Shown piece after piece: positions 7,873-17,346 of a stretch of 25,795 nucleotides of DNA. Origin of the DNA: Candidatus Altarchaeum sp. (GTDB lineage: Archaea; Altiarchaeota; Altiarchaeia; Altiarchaeales; Altiarchaeaceae); the NCBI GenBank assembly GCA_018260615.1, contig JAGWDQ010000121.1:1-25795 (forward strand), given 5' to 3'. The notes under the pieces were generated by a model. The model was not told where the DNA came from and made no database searches. It saw nothing but the letters and a program-made list of their open reading frames with translations. Numbering within the stretch: position 1 is the stretch's first letter; each line of letters opens with the position of its first letter. A program made the translations under genes and the position numbers.

Positions 7873-10833
7873 ATGGAGCAAAAAATAAACCGGACAGGGA
7901 AGAGTAAACTAAATACAAAAATATTAAAATTTATTTTTCTGATTAGTATCTGTCTTATCCTGCTCCTGCCGATATCAGCGGCAGAGGACTGGCCAATGTT
8001 CAGGCACGATTCCGGGCATACCGGCGAGACATCGGATGTGATTAAAAATCCGGAAGATCTGGAATTGAAATGGAAATTTAAAACAAATGGAGAGGTGTAT
8101 TCATCCCCTGCTGCCTCCGGGAATTACATCTATGTTGGTTCTTATGATGGCTATGTTTATTGCTTAAATAAAGATACAGGGGAACTGCTCTGGAAATTTG
8201 AAACCGGAAGTCGTGTGCATTCGTCACCTGCAATTTCAGGAAATTTCGTTTATGTTGGTTCCTGGGATAATTATGTTTATTGTTTGGATAAAAATACCGG
8301 GGAACTGAAATGGAAATTTAAAACCGGATGGGAGATATGGTCATCCCCAGTTTTGTCGGGGAATTACCTGTATATCGGTTCTCATGATACTAATGTTTAT
8401 TGTTTAGATAAAAACACCGGGGAACTAAAATGGAAATTTACTGCGGGACTGGCAATATCTTCATCACCGGCGGTTTCCGGAAATTATATTTATATTGGCT
8501 CATGGGATAACTACATTTATTGCTTAAATAAAGACACGGGAGAACTGAAATGGAAATTTAAAACCGAACGGGCAGTGTCCTCATCACCAGCGGTTTCCGG
8601 AAATTATGTATATGTCAGTTCTGAGGACAGTTATGTTTATTGCCTGAATAAAGACACGGGAGAACTGAAATGGAAATTTGAAACAGGAGGAGGTATTTGG
8701 GTATCTCCTGCTGTTTCCGGAGATTACATTTATATCGGTTCTAATGATGGCATCGTTTATTGTTTAGATAAAAACAACGGCAATGTGAAATGGAAATTTG
8801 AAACAGGAGGAATGTACTCATCCCCGGCAATATCCGGAAATTACATCTATATTGGTTCTTATAAAGGGTATCTTTATTGTCTGAATAAAAACATGGGAGA
8901 ATTGATATGGAAATTTAAAACCGGAGGTTTGGTGAATCCATCTCCTGCAATTGCGCAAAATTTCGTTTATGTCGGTTCTGATGATGGTTATGTTTATGCG
9001 TTTGTTGCTCTAAAATCAATTGGTTCAACATGCGATAAAAATTCAGAATGCAAAAGCGACAATTGTTTTAAAAGTATGTGTAAGCCGGCAGAGTATGTAT
9101 GTGATTCGGACTCGGATTGCATTTCAGGAAAATACTGCTCAAATAACAAATGTATGGATTTAAAGCAAATTGGTTCGGCATGTTCCGGAAATTCGGAATG
9201 TAAAAACGGCAATTGCTTTAAAGGAATATGCAGAGAACAGAGTGTAAATTGTATTACCTCTGCTGACTGCTCCTCTAATCAACATTGTTCCTGTTCATGT
9301 CCGGAATACACCTCGCATATAGACAATAAATGTGTTGTAAGAATTATTGAGGGCATGGAGAACGGTGTCGGCTGGAATACGTATGTGAGTGAGAGTTCGC
9401 AAATTAACATTGTGCCCGTGTCTGGCAAATTCAACGATGCTATTAAAATAACATACAACTTAAAACAAAACGGATGGGTTGTAATTTCAAAGAATATTGA
9501 CCCGGAAATATTATCAGGGATAGAGGGAATTAGATTTTATTACAAAGGTACCGGAGAACCAAATATTATTGAATTTAAACTAATATACGTCGACGAGAAC
9601 TATAATAATGAGGCAACTTTTGCTTTCCTGGAAAACAAATCCGCTGTGAAAGATGAATGGACATCAGAAGTAGTACCCATGGATAAATTCAAATGTGTAT
9701 CTCCTGAGGAAATCTGCAAGGTTGATTCAACACTGGATATAAATAAAATTAGAAAGATAGAAATTGCTATTTCAAGCCCCGGCAAAACAGGTGGTTCCGG
9801 GACACTGATAATTGATGACATTCACGGAATTATATTTGAGAGATGCGGTTGTGAAAATTTTAAACTTATCAGTCAGGCATGCACTGAAAATTTAGAATGT
9901 GAAAGTAAAAACTGCCAGGACGGAGTGTGTAAAAAACAGGAGGATGTGGATTCAATTTGGTTTTTGATTGGTGGCATCATTGTCTTTTTAGTAATTGGAA
10001 TTTTAGTTTATTCTGGAATGAAAAAAAGAAAATTAAAGGGACAAAACGAAATAAAGGAGTTAAGAAGAAAAATTGATGAGGGGAAAATAATAGGTTGGCA
10101 ACAAGAATTAAAAAAGGAAATAGAAGAAATAGAAAGAATTCTAAATTCGTTGAACATAAGAGGTTTTAAATCTGATGTGGAACAGTTAAAATCAAAAATC
10201 GACAAGGTTAAAAATGAAAATGACGTCAAGACAATTGAAAAGGAAATAAAGGGGTTAAGAAGAAAAACTGATGAGATAATAGAGGTGCAACAAAAATTAA
10301 AAAAGCAAATAGAAGAAATAGAAGAAAATATGAAGTTGTTAGATATAAAAGGTTTTGAATCCGATGTGGAACGGCTAAAAAGGATGATTGAATTTATTAA
10401 AAGTAAAGATGATGTCAAAGAAGTTGAAGGAGAAATAGAAAAGTTAGAAATAAGAATTAAAGAGAGAAAGAAAATTAAAGCTGAACTGGAAAAATTAGAA
10501 CAACAAATAAAAGTACTAACTATTAAACAGATAGAAACAAAATATGAAAAATCATTGACTGAAAGTAAATCCACAAGCGATTCAGTACATACAATAAATG
10601 TAATCTTTTACTGCGGGGAACTTTTAACTGTTTTTGCATCTCAAAATGACATAGAAAACGCATTAAAATACGCAATTGACTTGAAAAGTTATGCAAAAGG
10701 AGAATATAATAAGGAAATGGATAGTATAATTGAACATCTCAAATACCTAATGAAAGAAAAGATGGATATCAATGATGAATTACAAAAAGAGATAAATGTT
10801 ATTGTCCATCAGATTAAGATGGGGAAAGAATAA
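7873..10833 (+). CDS. Kinase-less receptor paralog: signal peptide, 8 PQQ-type blades, Cys-rich repeats, CBM11/CIA30-like beta-sandwich, TM, 2 helical modules, C-terminal helical domain
   Basis: N-terminus nearly identical to the 3582 gene. Extra domain at ~9343-9830 (GWNTY...GIEGIRFYYKGTG...LDINKIRKIEIAI...GTLIIDDI). TM IWFLIGGIIVFLVIGILVY. No GxGxxG/HxD/DWG motifs, but the YCGELL..ALKYAIDLK..HQIKM tail is kept. Confidence 0.9.
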   Translation: MEQKINRTGKSKLNTKILKFIFLISICLILLLPISAAEDWPMFRHDSGHTGETSDVIKNPEDLELKWKFKTNGEVYSSPAASGNYIYVGSYDGYVYCLNKDTGELLWKFETGSRVHSSPAISGNFVYVGSWDNYVYCLDKNTGELKWKFKTGWEIWSSPVLSGNYLYIGSHDTNVYCLDKNTGELKWKFTAGLAISSSPAVSGNYIYIGSWDNYIYCLNKDTGELKWKFKTERAVSSSPAVSGNYVYVSSEDSYVYCLNKDTGELKWKFETGGGIWVSPAVSGDYIYIGSNDGIVYCLDKNNGNVKWKFETGGMYSSPAISGNYIYIGSYKGYLYCLNKNMGELIWKFKTGGLVNPSPAIAQNFVYVGSDDGYVYAFVALKSIGSTCDKNSECKSDNCFKSMCKPAEYVCDSDSDCISGKYCSNNKCMDLKQIGSACSGNSECKNGNCFKGICREQSVNCITSADCSSNQHCSCSCPEYTSHIDNKCVVRIIEGMENGVGWNTYVSESSQINIVPVSGKFNDAIKITYNLKQNGWVVISKNIDPEILSGIEGIRFYYKGTGEPNIIEFKLIYVDENYNNEATFAFLENKSAVKDEWTSEVVPMDKFKCVSPEEICKVDSTLDINKIRKIEIAISSPGKTGGSGTLIIDDIHGIIFERCGCENFKLISQACTENLECESKNCQDGVCKKQEDVDSIWFLIGGIIVFLVIGILVYSGMKKRKLKGQNEIKELRRKIDEGKIIGWQQELKKEIEEIERILNSLNIRGFKSDVEQLKSKIDKVKNENDVKTIEKEIKGLRRKTDEIIEVQQKLKKQIEEIEENMKLLDIKGFESDVERLKRMIEFIKSKDDVKEVEGEIEKLEIRIKERKKIKAELEKLEQQIKVLTIKQIETKYEKSLTESKSTSDSVHTINVIFYCGELLTVFASQNDIENALKYAIDLKSYAKGEYNKEMDSIIEHLKYLMKEKMDINDELQKEINVIVHQIKMGKE

Positions 10834-11002
10834 TATTTATTAAAAATTTTGGCAAATATCGCAAAACAACAAAAATTTTGAAATTTTACCATAATCTTAA
10901 AAATACAAGCGTAAAAAATATAAAATATAAATTGTACAAATTACAAAAAACACCTTAAACCCATTCAATGACTTAAGGTAAATTTTATAAAATACCGCCA
11001 AA

Positions 11003-11275
11003 ATGAATGCAAAAAGTGATATATTTGCCACAATCTCTATTGCACCGCACAGCATCAGAAATCTGAAGAAGAAACTTCCCCACACAACATCAACCATCTA
11101 TGAGGTTTCCGAGGATCTGGTGTGTGAAGGACTGGCTGTGGCAGGAAGAGAACATGGAAATGTAGTTATTGATGTGGCAAGTACCTGTTGCGCCCGGAAG
11201 TTAAGGGAAATTTATTTAAAATCTCTAAATTACTCCAAAAAGGACAATTCTAATTTTATATATTTTTACCAATAA
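11003..11275 (+). CDS. Possible small hypothetical protein (90 aa)
   Basis: ATG-started ORF co-oriented with its neighbours, with a locally GC-richer core. No recognisable motif. Confidence 0.3.
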   Translation: MNAKSDIFATISIAPHSIRNLKKKLPHTTSTIYEVSEDLVCEGLAVAGREHGNVVIDVASTCCARKLREIYLKSLNYSKKDNSNFIYFYQ

Positions 11276-11303
11276 TTAATTATATACTATTTTAAAAATC
11301 AGG

Positions 11304-11831
11304 ATGTATCTTATAACTGCGAAATATTCCGGTGATGCGGAACGTAAACGTATTGAATATATCATTAAATTATGGGAAGATAAAGCAAATATTATTAAAC
11401 CGACAGGCATTACTTTTTTCGTTGATGGCGAACCGGATGAAATTGTAAATGACTTAGTATCAAAAATTTCCGAAAAAAATATTGATGTTTTCAAATTAGA
11501 GAAAAGCCCTTTAAATTTAGAGAAAGGCAGGAAGAAAATTGAAATGTCATTTAACGCCGATGTGAATGTTGTTGAAAAATTTGCCGGTTTTGTTATGGCA
11601 AAAAGAAAAGGAGTGCTTAAAAGAGAATCAAAAAAACCAAGGATAAAAGAGTATTCCGTTTATACGAATAAAGGCGGAGGGGATGTTGCTGTAAGATTTA
11701 GCGGCGGTGAAGAGGGCGAAGGAAACAAAGAAACAAAGTTATTAATAGTGATAGAGGCATTTGAGCCGGCATTATCATATATTTACAGGATAATTACAGA
11801 GGACTTTGAATACTTCAAAGAGGGGGTTTAG
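11304..11831 (+). CDS. Hypothetical two-domain alpha/beta protein (175 aa)
   Basis: Clean ORF with typical codon usage. The N-terminal ~65 aa show a beta-alpha-beta-beta-alpha-beta (ferredoxin-like) pattern. DAERKRIEY resembles euryarchaeal hypothetical proteins from memory (unverified). Confidence 0.8.
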   Translation: MYLITAKYSGDAERKRIEYIIKLWEDKANIIKPTGITFFVDGEPDEIVNDLVSKISEKNIDVFKLEKSPLNLEKGRKKIEMSFNADVNVVEKFAGFVMAKRKGVLKRESKKPRIKEYSVYTNKGGGDVAVRFSGGEEGEGNKETKLLIVIEAFEPALSYIYRIITEDFEYFKEGV

Positions 11832-11882
11832 ATATAAAATTTATAAAAATTTATAAATCATATTCATTTAAACAAAATCACA

Positions 11883-14800
11883 ATGAAAAACATAAATAAA
11901 AATTTAAAATATATAATATTTGTGGGTTTGCTCCTTGTCGGAGTTGTGGGAATTGTAGCATTGAGCGGATGTATTAATAAATGCGGGGATTTGGATCAGA
12001 ACTGTTGTGAGAAAGATAAATGTAATTCCGGCGATTTGGTTTGCGGGGATAATAAATGTGTCTATTGCGGCGGTGTTTATGAGTCCTGTTATAAAGATAA
12101 CAAATGCGATAATGGAGTATGTTCTAATGGAAAGTGTGAAAAATGCGGAAAGATTGAGGAGTTATGTTGTTCGGGAGGTATATGCAATAGCGGAATATGT
12201 TCTAAAGGAAGGTGTGAAAAATGCGGAAAGATTGAGGAGTTATGTTGTTCGGGAGGTGTATGCAATAGCGGAATATGTTCCAAAGGAAGGTGTGAAAAAT
12301 GCGGTAATGCGGGTGAATTATGCTGTTCGGGAGGTGTATGTAATACAGGAGTATGTTCTAATGGAAAGTGTGAAAAATGCGGCATGGTTGGTGAATTATG
12401 CTGTTCGGGAGGTGTATGTAATACGGGAGTATGTTCTAATGGAAAATGCACTGCTAAAACTACTACACAAACCACTTTGCCAGTTAAACCGATCAAAATA
12501 GAATGCGAAAAAGTAGATGACTATTCTGTCGGAGACCCAAACATTTTTAGAACTAGTGCATCCAATAGTAAAGTTCTCGGCCAGTTTGGATGCGAATGTA
12601 AATCACCATATAATTCTAAATCCGGATATGCGAAGTATAATGTACAAATATCCGATACAGGCAACTGGAGTATTGATATCAGATATTCCTGCAACAATGC
12701 TCATTCTGTTCCGATTGAAATTTATATTGACGATGAACAAAAACCCCGTGCAAAATTTTATCCAAAAAATACATACGATTGGAATTCTTTCAAAGACAGC
12801 GGCAAAATTGATATTGGCTCAATTACTGCAGGTTCTCATTTCATTACATTTAAAACCGAGGGAGCAAGGTATGGTGTAGCGGACATGGATTATTTTGTAT
12901 TACAAGTTAAAGAAACATCTATTTCAGAAATTTCAACCACTTCGTCAGGTGGATCATCATATAGTAGTGAACAATCTCAGCAACAATCAGTACCAGTATA
13001 TAGAACCTCAACCACTTCATCAGGTGGATCATCATATAGTAGTAAACAATCTCAGGAGCAATCTACATCATATACGATTCCGATCACCTCGTCAGATAAA
13101 TTTCTACTTATAAGAGAATGTGAAGATGTAGATGCTTATACCGTTGGTGATCCTACTACTACAAGACCAGGTGCATCCAAACAGAAAGTTCTTGGACAAT
13201 TTGGTTGTTATGGTTATGCGCCCTATAGTCCCAAACCTGGATATGCAAAGTATAATGTAAAAATACCTGAGGCTGGCATTTGGAATATCAGCATCAGATA
13301 TTCCTGCAACAATTTTCCTTCCGTCCCAATAGAAATTTATGTTGACGATGAACAAAAACCCCGTGCAAAATTTTATACGGAAAATACGTACGACTGGAAT
13401 TCTTTTAAAGAAACAGGTATAATTAATTTAGGTTTAATTACTGATGGTTCTCATTCCATTACATTCAAAACCGGGGGGGCAATGTATGGTGTTGCTGATT
13501 TGGATTACTTCGTATTATACTTCGGAGAACTTCCCATCCCTTCAAATACTTCGTCAACCAGATGTAACTATTATTGTTATACCTGTGATAACTGTAAATC
13601 AAAGATAAATTCTGCGGGTGCCGGAGAAACAATTTGTTTGAATTGGAACATACGCAACCATGTGGGAACTTGCATCAACAATCCATTAAACTTCAGCAAC
13701 AAAATTTTTGATTGTCGGGGACATACGATACAAGGTAATAGTTCAGGTGATGGAATTTATTTGAATGGAAAATCGAATAATACAATCCGAAACTGTATAA
13801 TTACTAATTTCACTACCGGAATTAACTTCCAGTATGTTAATTCTTCTATAATTGAGAACAACACAATTAGTCATATAATAGATTACGGGATAGTGTTGCA
13901 TCTTTACAGCAATAATATTGTCGTAAGGAATAACAATATCTCTCAAAGTAGGGTTGGAATAGTCCCATCAGGCGGCAATGGCCATGACTGGTCTGAAAAT
14001 GTTAACTCAAGCTACATAATTGAAAACAATATTATTCGTGATGTAGTACAAGGGATTCACCTATATGATTCAACCAGATATAATTTGATTACTAATAACT
14101 CTGTTTTTAATGCTGCATCTTCATGTTTTAGTTCAGACAGGGGTTTTGAGAGTAGATTTGAGAACAATACCTGCGAAAACAGTTATATTGGAATTAATCT
14201 TGTTCTTTATGCAAAAGATAATTACTTTAAGAATAATGATATTAGGAACAGTTCTATTGGAATACGATTTGAACATTGGGGCTCTGACAATAACAACGTG
14301 TTTAAGAACATGAATCTTTCAAATTCTTCTCTATATGCAGTTTATTTTGAATCCGGTTCTGGGTCTCTAAATAACACATTTATTAATGTAACCTACAATC
14401 CGGATAAGGAAAGAATGAATTCTTCCTCTGAACTTATCCGTAAATGGTATTTGGATGTAAATGTGGAAGATATTAATGGCGTTCCATTCAACAATGCAAA
14501 TGTTTCGACGTATAATGTTAGCGGAGATATACAGTTTTCTGTTTTAACAAATGCTTTGGGAAACATAGAAAGACAGGAAGTTATAGAGTATATCAACAAT
14601 GCGGGGGTACGGAATTTTTACACAAATTATACAATCAATATCACAAAAACAGGATATAGTAATTATTCAGCGATTATGAATATTAGCAATAATGCTGCTC
14701 TTTTTGTTATTTTATCTAAAACACTCAACGATAGCGAATTAATAGAAAATATGATGAATAACACATGGAATTATCTCAAAAATTTTAATGAAAATAACCT

Positions 14801-16415
14801 TCCTTTGAATTGGTATGATTCTGTCACAAATGAAACAGGAAAATATTTTAATCCCGCCGAATTGGGATTCTATGCTCTCTCTCCCATATTGGCTTATGAA
14901 ATGGAACTTGACTGTGATGGTGACGGAGCATTTGAGCCCAAAAATTCCTCTGGTGAAAATGACTGGAACTGCACAATTGACAGAGTTAATAAAACATTAA
15001 ATAGCTTAAATGCTCTTCCTAAATGGAAATACATCACAAAAGAGATTTGGAAACTTGGGGATAATGAGTGTCCGCCAATTTGCAATGAAACAACATTTGA
15101 TGAATTTGATCAATCATACTTTGATTCACATTTTTATGTTGGTATTGACTCTGTAAGCGAATTCCCAAAAGAAATAAACGATAATTTACTTACGCAGATT
15201 TATATCCATTATAACTTAACTGCTGAAGAGTCAGAGGAAAACTTATCCTTGTTTCTGGATACTATGTGGGCAAACTATAATCTGAGAATTAAGGTCGGAC
15301 AAAATGAAAGTTCTTTAGTCAAATTAGGAGAATATATGTTCCATTCATATAATGATAGTTATCCCGAAGAAAGATTTATAACAATAAATAAAGGGTATTT
15401 AGCCGAGGGGGAAAACATAATCCTATTGGAGAATGCTAATAACGGATCTGATCATTGGATGTCCTGGGATTCACTTAAACTAGGAGTTTATAATGAAACC
15501 GGAGTATATTACCAGCGGTATTCAACTAATTATGAAGTAACCGGCAGATTGGTGCCTTCAATAGATAATGCGTGGCTCGCTGTTAGCATTATTACTATCA
15601 GGGAGTATGCTGAAGCAAACAATTTAACATCTCTTGCAGATAAAGCAGAGAGTATATTGTCAGGTATGAATTTTACTCTGTGGTATAATTACTCAACACA
15701 CAGATTTAACTGGGGAGATTATGATAATCCAAAGACCGGATCTCAATGCGATTACTACTCAAATGAAAATAGAATAATAAATTTTGTAGCGAGGGCACTA
15801 AACCAGATAAATGAAACGGAGTTTCAAACAAGCCTTGATGCTTTACAGAAGCCAACCGGGCATTATAACAATATCATTGTTGAACGGGTGAATTGGGACG
15901 GTTCATATTTCACTTATATGTCTCCGGCATTATTCATAAATGAGATGAACACTTCTTACGGATTAAATACACTTAATAAAGCCACCGGGGCACAGATACA
16001 ATACGCAAAAGATAAAAATTATACCGTGTGGGGCATTTCGGATTGTGTTAATGGCAATGGAGATTATGTTACACGCGGAGCACCGCCCAGGGGAAGTAAT
16101 AACGAATACAATGATGTTGATGATGGATTGATAACACCACATGCTGCTGCAATGGCATTGATTACCTCATACAGCAATGAATCTGTACAAAATTTTAGAA
16201 ATTTGAAAGATAATTATTCAGTTTATGATAATAATTATGGTTTTAAGGACTCTGTTGATGTTATAAATAATATTGCCGCATCAAAGTTTTTGTTGCTTGA
16301 TCAGGAATGGATATTTCTCTCGTTAGCAAATTATAAAGGGGGCATAATATGGAAGTATTTTTATATGGATGAAGGTGTTCGGGATGCTCACTGCGAAATG
16401 TATGAGTGCTCTTAA
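11883..16415 (+). CDS. Large surface lipoprotein: Cys-rich repeats, 2 CBM6/CBM35-like domains, NosD/CASH beta-helix, Ig-like linker, glycoamylase/DUF3131 (GH144/GH189-like) domain interrupted by a CBM-like insert
   Basis: Lipobox ALSG-C. CBM-like copies at 12498-12902 and 13113-13517. Asn/Ile-rich beta-helix at ~13560-14400. C-terminal motifs TWNYL, NPAELGFY, VPSIDNAWL, WDGSYFTYMSP, WGISD, ITPHAA, YGFKDS, LLDQE. Confidence 0.85.
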   Translation: MKNINKNLKYIIFVGLLLVGVVGIVALSGCINKCGDLDQNCCEKDKCNSGDLVCGDNKCVYCGGVYESCYKDNKCDNGVCSNGKCEKCGKIEELCCSGGICNSGICSKGRCEKCGKIEELCCSGGVCNSGICSKGRCEKCGNAGELCCSGGVCNTGVCSNGKCEKCGMVGELCCSGGVCNTGVCSNGKCTAKTTTQTTLPVKPIKIECEKVDDYSVGDPNIFRTSASNSKVLGQFGCECKSPYNSKSGYAKYNVQISDTGNWSIDIRYSCNNAHSVPIEIYIDDEQKPRAKFYPKNTYDWNSFKDSGKIDIGSITAGSHFITFKTEGARYGVADMDYFVLQVKETSISEISTTSSGGSSYSSEQSQQQSVPVYRTSTTSSGGSSYSSKQSQEQSTSYTIPITSSDKFLLIRECEDVDAYTVGDPTTTRPGASKQKVLGQFGCYGYAPYSPKPGYAKYNVKIPEAGIWNISIRYSCNNFPSVPIEIYVDDEQKPRAKFYTENTYDWNSFKETGIINLGLITDGSHSITFKTGGAMYGVADLDYFVLYFGELPIPSNTSSTRCNYYCYTCDNCKSKINSAGAGETICLNWNIRNHVGTCINNPLNFSNKIFDCRGHTIQGNSSGDGIYLNGKSNNTIRNCIITNFTTGINFQYVNSSIIENNTISHIIDYGIVLHLYSNNIVVRNNNISQSRVGIVPSGGNGHDWSENVNSSYIIENNIIRDVVQGIHLYDSTRYNLITNNSVFNAASSCFSSDRGFESRFENNTCENSYIGINLVLYAKDNYFKNNDIRNSSIGIRFEHWGSDNNNVFKNMNLSNSSLYAVYFESGSGSLNNTFINVTYNPDKERMNSSSELIRKWYLDVNVEDINGVPFNNANVSTYNVSGDIQFSVLTNALGNIERQEVIEYINNAGVRNFYTNYTINITKTGYSNYSAIMNISNNAALFVILSKTLNDSELIENMMNNTWNYLKNFNENNLPLNWYDSVTNETGKYFNPAELGFYALSPILAYEMELDCDGDGAFEPKNSSGENDWNCTIDRVNKTLNSLNALPKWKYITKEIWKLGDNECPPICNETTFDEFDQSYFDSHFYVGIDSVSEFPKEINDNLLTQIYIHYNLTAEESEENLSLFLDTMWANYNLRIKVGQNESSLVKLGEYMFHSYNDSYPEERFITINKGYLAEGENIILLENANNGSDHWMSWDSLKLGVYNETGVYYQRYSTNYEVTGRLVPSIDNAWLAVSIITIREYAEANNLTSLADKAESILSGMNFTLWYNYSTHRFNWGDYDNPKTGSQCDYYSNENRIINFVARALNQINETEFQTSLDALQKPTGHYNNIIVERVNWDGSYFTYMSPALFINEMNTSYGLNTLNKATGAQIQYAKDKNYTVWGISDCVNGNGDYVTRGAPPRGSNNEYNDVDDGLITPHAAAMALITSYSNESVQNFRNLKDNYSVYDNNYGFKDSVDVINNIAASKFLLLDQEWIFLSLANYKGGIIWKYFYMDEGVRDAHCEMYECS
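12057..12449 (+). repeat. 78-bp tandem repeat x5 (26-aa Cys-rich unit)
   Basis: Units start at 12057, 12135, 12213, 12291 and 12369 (e.g. CEKCGKIEELCCSGGICNSGICSKGR). Confidence 0.9.
12933..13063 (+). repeat. 75-bp duplication encoding a Ser/Gln-rich inter-CBM linker
   Basis: tcaaccacttc(g/a)tcaggtggatcatcatatagtagt at 12933 and 13008 (STTSSGGSSYSS x2). Confidence 0.85.
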
Positions 16416-16504
16416 CAATTCACAGAACGGTGATATCAACAATGGCTGAATAAAAACAATTTATAAAAATTTATAAAAATCGGACTCACTTAAACAAAAT
16501 CACA

Positions 16505-17299
16505 ATGAAAAACACAGATAAAAATTTAAAATATATAATATTTGTGGGTTTGCTCCTTGCAGGAGTTGTGGGAATTGTGGCATTGAGCGGATGTATTGAT
16601 AAATGCGGGGATTTGGATCAGAACTGTTGTGAGAAAGATAAATGTAATTCCGGCGATTTGGTTTGCGGGGATAATAAATGTGTGCATTGCGGCAGTGTTT
16701 ATGAGTCCTGTTGTAAAAACAACAAATGCGATAAGGGAATATGTTCTGAAGGGAAATGTGAAAAATGCGGCAAGGTGGGCGAATTATGCTGTTCGGGAGA
16801 TGTATGTGATAATGGAGTATGTTCTAATGGAAAATGCACTGCTAAAACCACTGAACAAACACCTCTTCCTAAACCACCGGATACTTTGCCAGTTAAACTA
16901 ATCAAAAGAGAATGCGAAAGTGTAGATGACTATTCTGTTGGAGACCCAAATAACATTTTTAGAACCGGCGCATCAAATGGTAAGGTTCTTGGCCAGTTTG
17001 GATGCGAAGGTAAATCACCATATAATTCTAAATCCGGCTATGCGAAGTATAATGTACAAATATCCGATACAGGCAACTGGAGTATTGATATCAGATATTC
17101 CTGCAACAATGCTCATTCTGTTCCGATTGAAATTTATATTGACGATGAACAAAAACCCCGTGCAAAATTTTATCCAAAAAATACATACGATTGGAATTCT
17201 TTCAAAGACAGCGGCAAAATTATAGTGAAAATGCTAACCTTTGATACTAATACCGAACTCGTGCGCATTAAATTAAAGCATCAAAAGTTGATATTTTGA
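16505..17299 (+). pseudogene. Truncated duplicate of the 11883 lipoprotein gene (signal/lipobox, 3 Cys units, incomplete CBM)
   Basis: Leader and N-terminus match 11883. 17039-17221 is identical to 12627-12809. Homology stops abruptly after DSGKI (17221) and a 25-aa unrelated tail follows. Confidence 0.8.
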
Positions 17300-17346
17300 C
17301 TATAATTACAAAAATCACATAAAAATCAACATAATTGATAACAACG

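Noticed and set aside
10897-11223. The heptapeptide IYLKSLN appears in both the minus ORF 10897..11097 and the plus ORF 11003..11275
   Set aside because: The DNA identity is only about 16/23 in AT-rich sequence, both ORFs are doubtful, and no larger inverted repeat supports it. Most likely chance.
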